From Epiperipatus broadwayi (taxonomy: Eukaryota; Animalia; Onychophora), in the NCBI GenBank assembly GCA_028023455.1, contig JAQFVV010000008.1:7316001-7380000 (forward strand): a stretch of 64,000 nt of DNA, given 5' to 3'. Made by a program: the position numbers and the translations under genes. The number at the start of each line of letters is the position of its first letter. The stretch's first letter is position 1. The notes under the pieces were generated by a model. The model was not told the DNA's origin, searched no databases, and was given only the letters and a program-made list of their open reading frames with translations. Positions 27,201 to 40,076 of this stretch are shown here, in pieces.

Positions 27201-30200
27201 AACATAGTTAGATGGTAGGAAATTGGATGTGGGCTGTGAAGCTGGATCTGAGCATCAGATCATCTGCTTCAATATATTTATATATTTGATACATCATTTA
27301 CTTTATTATTTTTAAACTTTATTATTGTTGGTAGATTTTTTTGTTTTAAGGAAATATGTAATTAATTTAATTAATTAAAGTAAGAAAAAAACAATCAAAT
27401 TGGAGATAGTCTAATTAAGAAAAAAACAAAACAAAACTATTATGAAATAATACTCGTTTTCCAAATGGATGTTCAAAAGGTAAGCTTCAAAACATGAATC
27501 AAACATTATGAAAGTGAGAATATACTCAGATAGGCATAGTGAACCAAGAGAAGAAAAAGGTATAAGGCATTTACTAAATGAGGAAAGAAATTTATTTTAA
27601 GCCATGAAGCAGAAATTTTGCCATAAAATGTCCAGAATTTGGTCAGTATGATAATGAAAAGTTACTTATTCTGCATGGTAGCATCTCATTCATTGGGCCT
27701 AAAATCTTTCTCTGGAGCTGCTAATATTTTTCTGAACTAGAAATAATGATATTTCCTGATATTAATGTTTATAATCTTAAATCATTTGATTTTTCTGTAC
27801 TATATTATATTTATATGCTTGGCAAACTCATACTAATTAAAAAACCAATGGAAAAGTTTTAAGAATTTCATAATTAAAATTTGTTTTATTTGTAGTTATA
27901 AATTATAATTTCATTTTATTACCAAGCTTTGAATTCTATAAATGCATTTATTTTTGAAAATATATTTCATTTGATTAGTAAATCAATTTTAACAACTTAA
28001 TAATTTAAAACCAATAAAGAACAGATTATTTATTTATTTATTTGGAAATTAATATGAAGACTGGAAATTATTTATGATACATATAATTTTTGTGATATTT
28101 ATAACGTGGATGTGCATTATGACTTAAGTTGTTCTATCTTTAGTTAGAGTATGTTCATCCAAAATTTTGATATTAAGATGGAATAAGAAATAAATAATTT
28201 TTGATATATAACAATTTATAATGAGTTTGTATCAGAACAATTTATTATTTTCAGATATATTTATTTTATGGTAAAATATTTGCATTTATTCTTTTGGTCA
28301 AAATGATCATAATCTTTACTACAATTTGAAATTGAATTTATAAATTAAAAATCCAATTTTTTAATTATAAATACCAAGTTAAAATGTTTAATTATTATTT
28401 TAATCATTTCCATATTGATGACCAAGAGAAAATAGGCATTACTTTGCTTTTATATATCAAATTCAATTTCTGTTATTCATTTTATTCACTGTATGTTATT
28501 TGCTTGTTGTAATTATTTAGCAGAATATTGTACATATTATAGCTTGTATTATATTATTGAAGTTATATATTTCATTAAAAGAGATTGGTATTTTATTCCT
28601 TACTCTGGTTAATCAGTGATGTTTTGCTAATCACTAAGACTTTTATATTGCCTCTGAGTTTGAAATCTTGGAAATATGGTAAAGGTTTTCATGGAAGTGT
28701 GTAGTTAATTTCCTGTTTTCTAACACCAGCCTGCACATTTTACTGTGATACTCTATACAAATAAAGCTCATGAGACTCGTCCATCTATCAACGATGATGT
28801 ATTTGGAGGATTGTATAAATATTTGTTATATAATATTTAGTTAATTGATGCAGGACCAAATTGTGATTTTAGTTGTTTGTTATATAAATAGTGATTGTTA
28901 CGTAAAATTTTGCAAGCCTATATCTGATTATATTTATACTCATCAGTGACAAAGTTCTTGTTATATAAAAATGGCAGCCTATTTTGGGGATAAAATGATA
29001 GAAATATCTAACATATGATCATTATATTTTTCACATCATTTAACATAGAAGCGGATGCATACACTAATGCAATATCTTTTTTTTTTTAAAAAAAAACTGA
29101 TAAAGAAATGTTTGTTATGGAACTAACTTTAGTGTAATAAGTTTCTTAAAGTTTGGAAAGATTAAACTGCCAGTGCCTGATTAATTAGAACATCAGTATT
29201 CAACAAAATAGCTGGACACATTTTAATGTTTTAAAGCTAAGAATATCAAAATGATGCATGTATTTACTCAATTTGAATGAATAAAATCTGCTAAAATCAA
29301 TTGTGAATTAAAGTTAATATTTATTATGTTATGACTGATAGTAAAAACACAAAAAACACAATGGATTTCAGTATATCTGAATACTCTAATGACTATCAAA
29401 CAATTCATTATGAGTTTTACAAGCATATTTAAGCTGTTTATTAAAACTACTAGGAATTAGTATGATTTTTGAACAGTAATATCATAAAAACTAAACAATA
29501 GATTCTGAAATCATAACATGTAGCTTGGTAAAGTAAGATGCTTCAATTCCCATAGCACTTGCAGTTAAATGTGGGTTTTAACATTTATAAAAATATATAC
29601 CCTCTGACTCTTTGTGGAGCTATTCCTAACTTTTAGTTAGAGAAATATTTGTATTTTTCATTATCATCTCTGAGAACTCAATACCTTTTCCTATAAAGAT
29701 TTTTCTAGACATAATTGATATTATATAATTCTATTTCCTATAAAAATCAAAAAGTTACTGTGGCAAATTTTGACTCTAATAAAAATAATACAGATGATTA
29801 CTTATTTTTGAAATTCCATTATATTTTGTTGCATATTTATCCATAGATAAATTTCGGTAATTCACTATAAACTTTTTTTTCTTCAGCGTTTACAGTTTTC
29901 TATAATATTTCTCATTAACATTATTTCAAGATTCTTTTCAATATAATATTAATTTTTCTTTATATAGATTATTTTATGTCTCTTTTTTTAATTCATTTAG
30001 TGGTCCATAAAATAACATTATTTGTTTATTAAAGCCCTCATAATCACTACAATTCTTACTTTAATTTCTATTAAGCAGTTTTTTAAAAAGTTGGTGTTAT
30101 GATTCCAAAATATATATATAAGTAAATTCAGGCAAAAAAAAAAAAAGTGAAAAGAATCCTCGTTTTCAAATACAGTATATAAAAAATTATGTATGAAAAT

Positions 30201-30325
30201 AGTACCTTTTATTTTTGAGCATTATAAGTAAACAATTGTAAAAAAATTTTCTTTTTTTAAAATCTATTATTATTTTAAAAATTAACAGACTCCCCCCCTT
30301 GTTTATTTATATTTTTCTTATATGT

Positions 30326-31260
30326 CAGGGGTGGGGAATTTCCGTCCCCAGATATTTTCACAAACATATATAAAATGGAACTGTATAAAATTTCTATTTA
30401 AACATGCATGGTATGTAGTGCAAATATAGAATTAAGTGTTAAGTAAAATAAAATGTTTATTTTCTCAACTGTATTTTTTTCTCTCTCCAATCATTATAAT
30501 ATTCTACTTCATTCTATCACGAGGAGCAATATTCCAATAAATTATCTATATGATTATTGCACTTTAACGCAAATTGGTGAAGTTATTAAACTAATAAACA
30601 ATTAGTAATATTTGGCTTAGGCTTTGAGGTATGTATTGTGTGATCTATCCGATTATAGATTTAATCTAAAATGCTGAGAGTGTTTGTTTGTTTTTGTAGT
30701 GATTTTTGCAGATGAAAGTATAATTAGTAAAAATAAAACACAAAATTTTATTTTATTTCATTTTATTATTATTATTTTGCATTTAATTTTTTTTTTTATT
30801 AGTATGGTTACACAGAATAAGACAATAAAAAGTGACATAGAAAATCATGCACTTGAAAAGAAATGGATTAATGCATTATTATTTTTTTTATATAGAAAGA
30901 AGTAGTAATTTGATATGCTGATATGTCTAGAAAGAATTTCAGTTAATAAAGAACATATTATTAAGAGACAGTATTTATTAAAACATTCTGACTACAACAA
31001 AATTATTGGAGAAGAAAGAAATATTAAAATAGAAAACTTGACAAAGAGCTTCATCCAGTAGCTGACATGTTTTATAAAAAAATTCAAGTAAGTCAGAAAA
31101 TTATGGAGAGCAAGTTATTAAAAAAAAAAAAGCAGAAAATTCAAAACTATTTTCTGAAGAGAGAGCTTATAAAAGATTGTATTCTAGCTGTTGTAGATTT
31201 AACCTGACCAAATCATAAAAAGTAATCTTGAGAATATATGTCATGAAGATAGCTTCAAGG
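30326..31260 (+). mobile_element. hAT transposon (SPIN/GTF2IRD2-like) 5' remnant
   Basis: Starts CAGGGGTGGGGAA (hAT-type terminus). Decayed N-terminal zinc-finger region KWINALLFF..LICLERISVNKEHIIKRQYLLKH..GEERNIKIENL, then ASY and KLFSE. Confidence 0.6.
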
Positions 31261-31818
31261 TGAATTGTGAAAATTTTTCATTAAATGTAATCATTAATAA
31301 TAATAATGTTATTACTTTATTTTAAATTCATAAAAAATTATGACCCTTGTTTAAAAGGGGAAAATTGAAATTGACCTGCCAGTTGAAAAAAATTTCTCAC
31401 ACTTAATGATTAGAGATGATCAAATATAGTAATTTTTAAGTTGATAATTATGTGGTCCATGAATGAGTTTATAAATATCCAAATGGCCATTGGCAGAAAA
31501 AGGGTTTCCTGTCCCTGTATTATGTTTTAAGATTTTATTTGCACATTTCCATTATATTTTTTCCTCCAGCATTTTTTCCCCTTCTATTATTGCCTATTGT
31601 TTATTTAAGAGAATTATAGGAGCTTCCACATTTTTTAAAAAAAAAATAAGATTTAAATTTTGTTTTAAGAGTTCAATAGTTGTATTTATATAAAAAATAT
31701 ATAATTAAAATCAATTTATTACAATAACATATTTGTATACATATATTGTATGTATTTCAACTGATTATTAATGTTGTATGTTTTATATATTACAATTTTA
31801 ATTGTTTAAGTTGTAATG

Positions 31819-31968
31819 AAATATTTTCATTCTTTTTTTTATTTTATTTTTTTTAAGTGTCATAGGATCGGCCGGGACGCGAACCCGCAACCCGGGCAAC
31901 TGCCTGCAAGTGCAAGGCAGTCGAGTTGACCTCTCAACCACCAATGCAAGACAAAATATTTTCATTCT
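31819..31968 (-). mobile_element. tRNA-Gly-derived SINE copy 3 (internal micro-duplications)
   Basis: Head at 31865-31947 with duplicated CTTGCA and G/CGGGTT, same TATGACAC plus A-rich tail. Perfect 15-bp TSD aaatattttcattct at 31819-31833 and 31954-31968. Confidence 0.85.
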
Positions 31969-32731
31969 GTTACAGTTTTTCACATCAATATCACTTTAGC
32001 AATGTTTTATTGTCAATATAATTCAAATTCAAAACAAAATAGTTGAAATGGTCTAATTTCTTCTTGCACTAAGAATGACATTTTATCAGTCAGGGTTCTG
32101 TTATTATGTAGTTTGTTATGTATATTTTGAGTGAATCAAATTGAAGTATGTTGTTTTTGTATTATTTAAATGTAATTCTTTTTTAAAATTGTATTTCAAG
32201 AGATATAAATGCAGAAAAGTGCAATATAAACAAAGAGTGGTGTTTAATGCATATTTATTTATTGCAAAACAGTACAAATTTCAAAAAATAATTAAAAAAA
32301 AAAAATGCTTGAAAATAAATTACAAAATTGACTATCAGAAAATTGTGAATTATGAATGTTTAATATTTCTAGATGGGATCCCAAATATTCTTTCTACTTA
32401 GGACCCCCAAAGGCAAAATTTGCCACTGTTTTTAGCTATTTATTTTTATATGGAAATATTATTTTGTATTTAATATTTATTTCTATTCATTATTATCTCC
32501 CTTTTACAATATAAGGTAATTTGTTACTATAAAATTTATAAATTCTAAATTATATATATACACTTGAATGATTATAATTTACTATTAAGTATTTTATTTC
32601 TTATTTATAACTTTTAGATTATTTTTTCTTTCCAAAAGTTATAAATAATTACTTAAAAATTTATAATTTCCTTTCAAATTTTAGTGATTTTATTTATTCT
32701 TCTTGTTAAATATAACTATTTTTTTTTTTAG

Positions 32732-33817
32732 ATTGGCAGTTCTGCAGGTGGCCATATAACTTTGAAAACCAATTTACTTCAATCCTATTTTCCAAATGGA
32801 ACAGAAAAATCTAAAGAATATTTTTATCCTTCTTCTAAATGCCCATACAAAAGGTGTCAGTGCCTTTCCCAACCTTTATCAGCAGCTTTATATATTAATG
32901 AATCTTCAATGGTTATTCAGTGGCGAGCGGATACTTGGATTACAATAGTTACAACTGTAGCCACAATGGGAATTCTGTTTACTCTTATTCTTTTATTGTA
33001 TATTATTTCTAAATTATTATTTTCAAAAAAAATTAAAGGAAATCAGATAGTTGGTATATTATTACTAATAGGAATTATGATGCTATATTCTTCCGTTATT
33101 CCATATGGATTTCAACCAACAGAAGCAACTTGTGGAATGCGTATGGTTACTGTTGGAATTTCATATGCATTTTGTTTCTCCATTATGTTGTCTCGCATTA
33201 TTATGTTAATAGCAAGTGAAACTGAAGATGGTCCGTCAGGTCATATAAGTGGTTTTATACAGATTATATTATTTTTTTTTATGTTATTAGTTCAAGTTGC
33301 TATTAGCCTTGAATATTGGTTATTAAAATATCCCAGAGTTCAGTTTGTTTACAATGATGATGATAATATCATAGCAATCAAATGTTCAATAAGTATGTTA
33401 GACTTTTTTGTATCATTAATTTATGTAAAATTTTTGTTATTTCTTTTATGTCTTACATCACTATTTACTGTTGGTGAAAAACGAACTTATAGGGAAGGAT
33501 TACTTTTTAACATAGCAAGCTTAATAGCTGTTGGATTGTGGATTGCTTGGTCAGTTGTATATGGTGTTGCAGATGGTGATCATAAAGAAGCATCAATCTG
33601 TGTAGGCCTTCTAGCTACAGCTTCTATATTATTAGTGACAATATTTTTCCCTAGGATTTATATGATAATCAGTTCATCAAAGGTGGATTGTTTAAATGTT
33701 CCAACGCAACATAATACTTTTTCAGGTCATCATAATAGTAAAACAATTTCATTTGATAATAATGGCTATGATGAAGAATCAGATGATGATAAACCAACTA
33801 AACTCACCAAACTCTGA
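32732..33817 (+). CDS. Class C GPCR last coding exon: VFT end, short Cys linker, 7TM domain, C-tail
   Basis: Poly-T ag|ATT GGC (IGSSAGGHITL, equivalent to mGluR 'VG.W...L.L'), in frame with ORF 32762-33817. Seven hydrophobic segments with class C motifs (TCGMR..GISYAFCFSIMLSR, YREG, IWxxW-like GLWIAW, FFPRIYMII). Ends KLTKL*. Confidence 0.95.
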   Translation: MGSSAGGHITLKTNLLQSYFPNGTEKSKEYFYPSSKCPYKRCQCLSQPLSAALYINESSMVIQWRADTWITIVTTVATMGILFTLILLLYIISKLLFSKKIKGNQIVGILLLIGIMMLYSSVIPYGFQPTEATCGMRMVTVGISYAFCFSIMLSRIIMLIASETEDGPSGHISGFIQIILFFFMLLVQVAISLEYWLLKYPRVQFVYNDDDNIIAIKCSISMLDFFVSLIYVKFLLFLLCLTSLFTVGEKRTYREGLLFNIASLIAVGLWIAWSVVYGVADGDHKEASICVGLLATASILLVTIFFPRIYMIISSSKVDCLNVPTQHNTFSGHHNSKTISFDNNGYDEESDDDKPTKLTKL

Positions 33818-33831
33818 TTAATATTTTTGTA

Positions 33832-33893
33832 AATAAAAAAAAATTGAAATTGCATTTATCTACATTACAGATCTGGGTTTTTTTGTAAATAAA
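33832..33893 (+). promoter_or_regulatory. Candidate polyadenylation signals of the GPCR gene
   Basis: AATAAA at 33832-33837 and 33888-33893, just after the stop codon. The hexamer is common in AT-rich DNA. Confidence 0.35.
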
Positions 33894-34642
33894 TCATCTT
33901 AAAAAAAACAGTTTCAATAGATATTTGTAATGTTTTCATAATGATAATAAAATTATTTATTTAAAAAATAATGAACTCTTTAGTTTTTGTTTTAGCCAAA
34001 TAATATTAAATCAAATTTACTATTTATTTATTATTAGATACTGTCATGTAGTTATAAATTCCTGTGATCTGTCATCAGGTACAAATTCCCAGTGATTTCA
34101 AGATAAAGATTATTCCACAATGACTATGAGCTGATGATATTTCATATTGTTTAAAGGGCACATTTATTTTTGCTACATATAAAATTTATTTCAAGGTTAT
34201 AGATACATAGTATTGCATTAATGTATTTAATTCTGAAAAATAACACTTCTGTTGGAGGTTTTTCTACTAGAAGATGTTTGAACAGATAAATATAAATATC
34301 ATACAATTTAATCAATAATTCATCTGTTAAGATAGTCACTTAATTTGTTCTTTACATGTTAAAAGATATTCCTTCAAAAACTGATAAAGATGTGTAAAAA
34401 AATAATGTAATTTTAAAGGCATGGTTAATTGTTTGACAAAACAATGTTTGACGATCATTAAAAATTTAAGTTTGTTAAATTTTTTAATATGACAATTCAT
34501 ATATATTGGTGATTTATATATTTTATAGTCCACAAGCAATATATAGTTATGGCTAACTCATATGTAATGAGGCACTTGTTTTAGATGCCTAATTAAAATA
34601 GGTATTAAAATGAACATTATATTTGAATATAATATATAAGTA

Positions 34643-35090
34643 ATCGTTAAAATCAGTCAACACTTAGACAATCCAATATCAATAACAATCAATAATCTCA
34701 AATTGTTGTCAAAGCAACCTTCTTTTAACAATAAAGGTAGAATCCCATCTTTATTTATGGTCTAATATAATTATTTAAACACTAAAGATTGCAACTTGAT
34801 CACAGAGATTGAAATTATTGATGTAAAGATGTTTAAATAAACCTCTTTAAATCAGTAAATATAACTTATTCTGAATGCAGATTAATAAATAGTCAATTAT
34901 AACATTATAAATTGCAATTATAATTTTCAAATTGCACCCAAAGTATTACTTAAATAATAAGTTTAATAATGTTCACAGCTAAATGGGTTTATAAGGAATC
35001 ATTAAACTAATCAACTCTTAGACAATATCAATAACAATCAACAATCTCAAACTGTTGTCTAGGCAACATTCTTTTAACAATAAAGGTGGA
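34643..35090. repeat. Dispersed repeat family C: two copies about 354 bp apart, third inverted copy at 6885-6970
   Basis: cttagacaat..atcaataacaatcaa..atctcaaa.tgttgtc.aggcaac...cttttaacaataaagg at 34643-34740 and 34997-35090. Reverse-complement match at 6885-6970. Confidence 0.75.
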
Positions 35091-38000
35091 ATTGCATTTT
35101 TATATAATTATATTGGACCATAATAAGTATACTTTTATTTAATGCATATTTTTTCCTATTGTATTCATCACTTTGTTCAATAAACATTTTAAATAACCTT
35201 TTTAATAATTTTAAAATGTTCAGTTTTTAAGATTTGTTTCAGGCTTCAAAAGTGATTGGACTAGATTCTTGGCTATAGAAAAATCTTGTACATCTTGCTC
35301 AATTTTTATAAGAATTATATATATTACAAAATGCAATTATGTTAACACATAGCCTTATCAGATGTTTCTAGCTAAATAAAACTATATATTTGTTAAGAAA
35401 AAATTTTCTATTTGCAAATACTGTAATTACCTATAGTCACAATTCATCAGTTGAGCTGAGAAATCATCTCTTTAGGAGTTAAAAAAGAAAGATCAAATAA
35501 CTAAGGGCCATTTGTAAAATTTGTATTTATAATTCTTTTAAACAAAATATAAACTTCATTTAATTTGTACCAACCATTAATTGTCTTTTTTTACCATTAT
35601 AGTGTTTTGATGCAATTAAGCACAACAAATCTTGAAAAATAAATTGATTTCATGCATAAATAATTGGAAAAATCACTTCATAAGCAGCAAATTTATGATG
35701 ATATCAAGGCTATTTTGAGGCTTATTTTACTTATACATCAATGATATCATCATGATTAGCAGCCATTCATAAAAAAGTATACATATTTAGTCCCAGAAAA
35801 ATACCAAAAAATAAAAATATAAAACAAAAAAACTAAAAAAAAGATTTAAGTCATAATTGCTGTGCAAATAATTAAAAGATGGAAATTTTCCATAAAAAGA
35901 TGTGCAAGTAATTAAAAGAAGGAAATGTTGTGCAAATACACAATCTCATTATGATAATTAGTGCAGAGAAATGATCAATGACATGAGAGACTCTTATAAT
36001 TATCAAAAAAAAATTACTTAGAATTAAGCATGGGAATTGTTGATTGGCAAGATTTTCAATATTTTTTTTAAGGATATTTTTTCTAATAAATAACTGTTAT
36101 TGAGATTGTAATTGTGTATATCCTCTTACATGAAAAATATTGCCATGTCTATGTGAGTCAATATATGTTTTTGAGATTAAAAAGTAATTTTATAATTCTG
36201 TATTCATAAATCTCCTTTTGAATAAATAATATACTCAGTTTGTCAATTATTTCTGGATAGAGTTCAATATTTTTAAAGATTCTGGATTTCCTACATTGTT
36301 TCAATTAGTTTTAACCTAATTTATCTTTAACACTTTCATATTTTTCAATATTTATATTGTTGTATTTTGAAATTTTTGAAGTTTGGTAATGTAATAGTAT
36401 AATACAACCTAAATTTGATTGTTGTGTCCTGACACATGAAACAGCTGTATGACTAACTGATTAGAAAATCTATTTGCTATACCTACTTTTGGGATTCAAG
36501 TTCAGAGTGTTTGAATTCTTGAATTTTTTTTTTTTCAGTTTCACAAGTAATATGAATTCTTTTTTATGCCAACTACAGCTATTCAGCTTAGTCAATATTG
36601 AGCAGTAAATGAATAGCTATTATCAATAAAAGATAAAAGTCCTAATTATATTTGTATTGATTATCCGAGCATGAATGCATCATAACTATAAAAGTAATAT
36701 CAATATAAGCAGTTTTCACCACTGATGATAGAGATAGCTTTATTGTGGGGTGACTTTTTTCATCTTTTCACATTGGCATATATTCAATTGAACAATTAAG
36801 TGATAAGAAAAAGTAATAGAAATGAGAGCAAATTTTTGAATGTAAATATATATTTTCAAAGAATAAAAAATCTATTAACAATTTAAGTTGGAATTAAAAA
36901 ATGAATATGTTTTAGAGGAAGAGTGGATTGCTATACTGATGTGAAGTAACTGAAATTTTATTTATCTTGTTGAACATCAAGTGATTAAAAGAATGTGGTG
37001 CCTATGATTTTTATATTACAGGTTTAGTTTTAAAAATTTCAAATAAATAAATTAAAAAGTTTAAAACTAATAAAAAGGAAGTTTAATTTTCTAAATTTTA
37101 TTTTTTCATTTCACAGTGCAATCACTGAACACTGCAATCACAAAATATAACAAGAAAATAAGAGTAACATACTTTTTACCTTTATAAAGCAGTCAAATTT
37201 TGATGAAAATTTAAATAAACATTAATTTTTCTAACTATATACTTTTTATATATTGTATAAATTTATTTAATTATAATAGTGTAAATCTTTCAAATACTAT
37301 ATGTTATTTATATATAGGCATAAAATTTTTATTTAGCAGTAATTGAGGCAATAAATGAAAACTAATTTACAACTATTGATTAACTCTCTCTTTTTACTTT
37401 ATTTCAAATATAGATTAGCTTAATTAGTGGGGTTTTTTTTTTTTTACTTGACCATTCAATGCAATCATTACATAAAAAGTTTCTTCATAAATTAAATAAA
37501 ACTATTGAGCTAAGGCTGAAAAAATAGAATGGCTCACTACAGTTAGTCTTATTAATTTATGAAACTTATTTTTTTGTTTAATTTCATTTTTAAATGTAAT
37601 TTATTTATTATTAAAATTATCCATATATGTATGTACATACTACATATACATGTTGAAATCATCTACTATATTTGTATATTTTAAAAACAAATTATATAAT
37701 TTACCAATATTTGCAAATTTATAGATTAATGCTAAGTCTTTGAAACAAATGACATAGATACAGAGCAGATTACTGTAATTAAAAGCATTTACAAAAATCT
37801 TATAACCTTGATTTTAGTTTTATGGGGGGGGGGGTATATAACCAAAGATAATGTTTTTGAATTGATATGCTATCAGGTTTATATATTTGAATAAAATTTT
37901 TCTTCAGTCTATCAATTATCAAGAATGATAATATTAATGAAACTATGTCAGAAAATTTTGTATAATGATGTACAATAACCATAGTTATGAATTAGTTTAA

Positions 38001-39618
38001 GCATGGTGCTATGATTTATAAAGTTTCAGTATTGGCTGTTGATTTTATTATTAATGGATTCCAATATATTTTAATCTCTTGGAGCAACTACATCCTTTCT
38101 TGCATAATGTCTTATTTAAAAGAAGTATCACAAGTTATTTTTATACTAAATCACTACATTTTGCAGTAAGATTAATTTATTGCAAACAAGAGCAATAACT
38201 CTTTAATCTCAATTAAATGGTATTTCCCAGCTGGTAGTGCAATTTATTTCCCATTCTTAGACCAGTTACTGGCTTTTGACTTTTTTATGAAAACTTGGAA
38301 TCCAAAGCTAGAATCAATGCAGTTATGTATCGAGCATCTACCTTTAATTCCTTTTTTACTATCAAGCAAATAGCATAAAATAAAAAATATTAAGGTTTTC
38401 AATTCAATCCAATCTGTTGGTATGGTTATATATCTGACACCAAATTAGTTAATAATGTCAGTTCCATTCTAATTATAGCTAGAACTACTAATATCAACAC
38501 ATCATTTTATTCTTTCAGTTTATTATAATATAAACAATAAATTTTGAGTAATCACAGGATTCCATAAGTAGTACAATTTAATTTCTATTTTCAGATCTGC
38601 TTCTGCCTTTATGAATTTCTGAATATGGCAGTTATCTTCATTTTTTTTTTACTATGCCTGAGATTCAAAAAATCATAAGATTTTGAATTCAAGTCAACCT
38701 GTTTCTATAGTAATATAGATTAGTTACCAGGTCAGTATTTATATAATTTAGTAATTCTACTTCTTTTCTAACTGTAGGCACCTTTTCAGCCTGGCTAGTA
38801 GTATCAGTAATTAATAACACAGAGAATCTTTTCTATATTATAATGTAGTATGCTTTTAATTATTTAAGAGAGGTTATTTTTTAAATAATTGCTGATATAT
38901 GAATTTTATTTCATATTTATCCAAAGTCTATTCTAAGAGTAACATTCTTTGACCTGTATCTATATTTTACATTTGGCATTAAACAAGAATAAATAAAATA
39001 ATGATAATGGTAGAAATCTTAAAATCAGTAACAATTTTTTTTTTTTTGCAAAAAGCTAATAACAAAATTGGAATTGAACTGGATAGATAAATTCTGAAAA
39101 AAAAAAAAGTTAAATTTTATAAAAGATTCATTTATTTATTCAAATAAGTAGTAGTACTTTATAATTTATAGTTTTATCCAAGTATAATAATCAAGACAAT
39201 TATTTATTTAACAACTATTCAATTCAGTATTGAAAAAATAATCTTTTATTGATTTTGCATTAATAACAGTCACCATATGTATACCTGAGACATATGCATG
39301 TGTAGATACAAGCATTTTCACAAGATTTCTAAATAAAAATTATTTAAATAAGGAATTTTCTAGTTTAATTAAAAAAATTGTGGATTGTGGAAATTAATGA
39401 TCTTACTGGATGTTATTTCTAGATATAATCTTAATTAATCAGCTAAAGATAGGAAAATTTAAAAACTATAAATAGTATGTGCAGACCTTTGGATTCATCC
39501 ATTTTTTAATTTAACTCAATTTTTAATTTTTTCTGTATTTTCAAATGAGTTTTCGATTTCATTCTTTTTCAATTTTCCAAATTCAGTTTTAAAAAAAAAA
39601 TATTTCTTTCAATAACAG

Positions 39619-39723
39619 TCTTGCTAAAACAGAAAATTTAGCAAGACAATTAACCCCAAGTTTGCTCAAACTTGAGTGCTTTACAGAATCCCCTGAAGTC
39701 AACTATCCTCTGAAGAAACGAAG
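39619..39723 (+). CDS. Candidate isolated internal exon of an unidentified gene
   Basis: tttctttcaataacag|...AAG|gtaaag, 105 nt, open frame LAKTENLARQLTPSLLKLECFTESPEVNYPLKKR. No homology recognised. Confidence 0.25.
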
Positions 39724-40076
39724 GTAAAGAACTTTAATTATACTTTAATCTTGCATATATTTTTATTTGATAGTACTGCTTTTCAATAAACAGAATAATT
39801 TCTAGAAAATAAGTTGCTTCCATAAGCTTATGCTGTTTAAACTGTCTTTGAATATTCTGATAATAAAAACCTGTAGAACACTATTACTAGGACTAGTCAA
39901 ATTTAAATGAAAAAACTTCAATTATTTATAAAAATATTAAAATATGTTCAAATGTATTGTTTTCTTTGCTACATAAAAGATATATCTTAAAAATAAAAAA
40001 GTACAATTTAAAATTATTATTTTTCAAGATTATTTCTTCATTATTACTTGTAAGCAGATAATATATTATACAAAGT

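Noticed and set aside
29758-32428. 15-bp inverted pair C(T/A)GTGGCAAATTTTG as TIRs of a 2.7-kb element
   Set aside because: No TSD, one mismatch, and an AT-rich core; could be ends of two unrelated remnants.
38200-38560. Decayed DIRS-like or LINE RT on the minus strand (SFGFQVFIKKSK)
   Set aside because: Single loose motif match with no catalytic YLDD.
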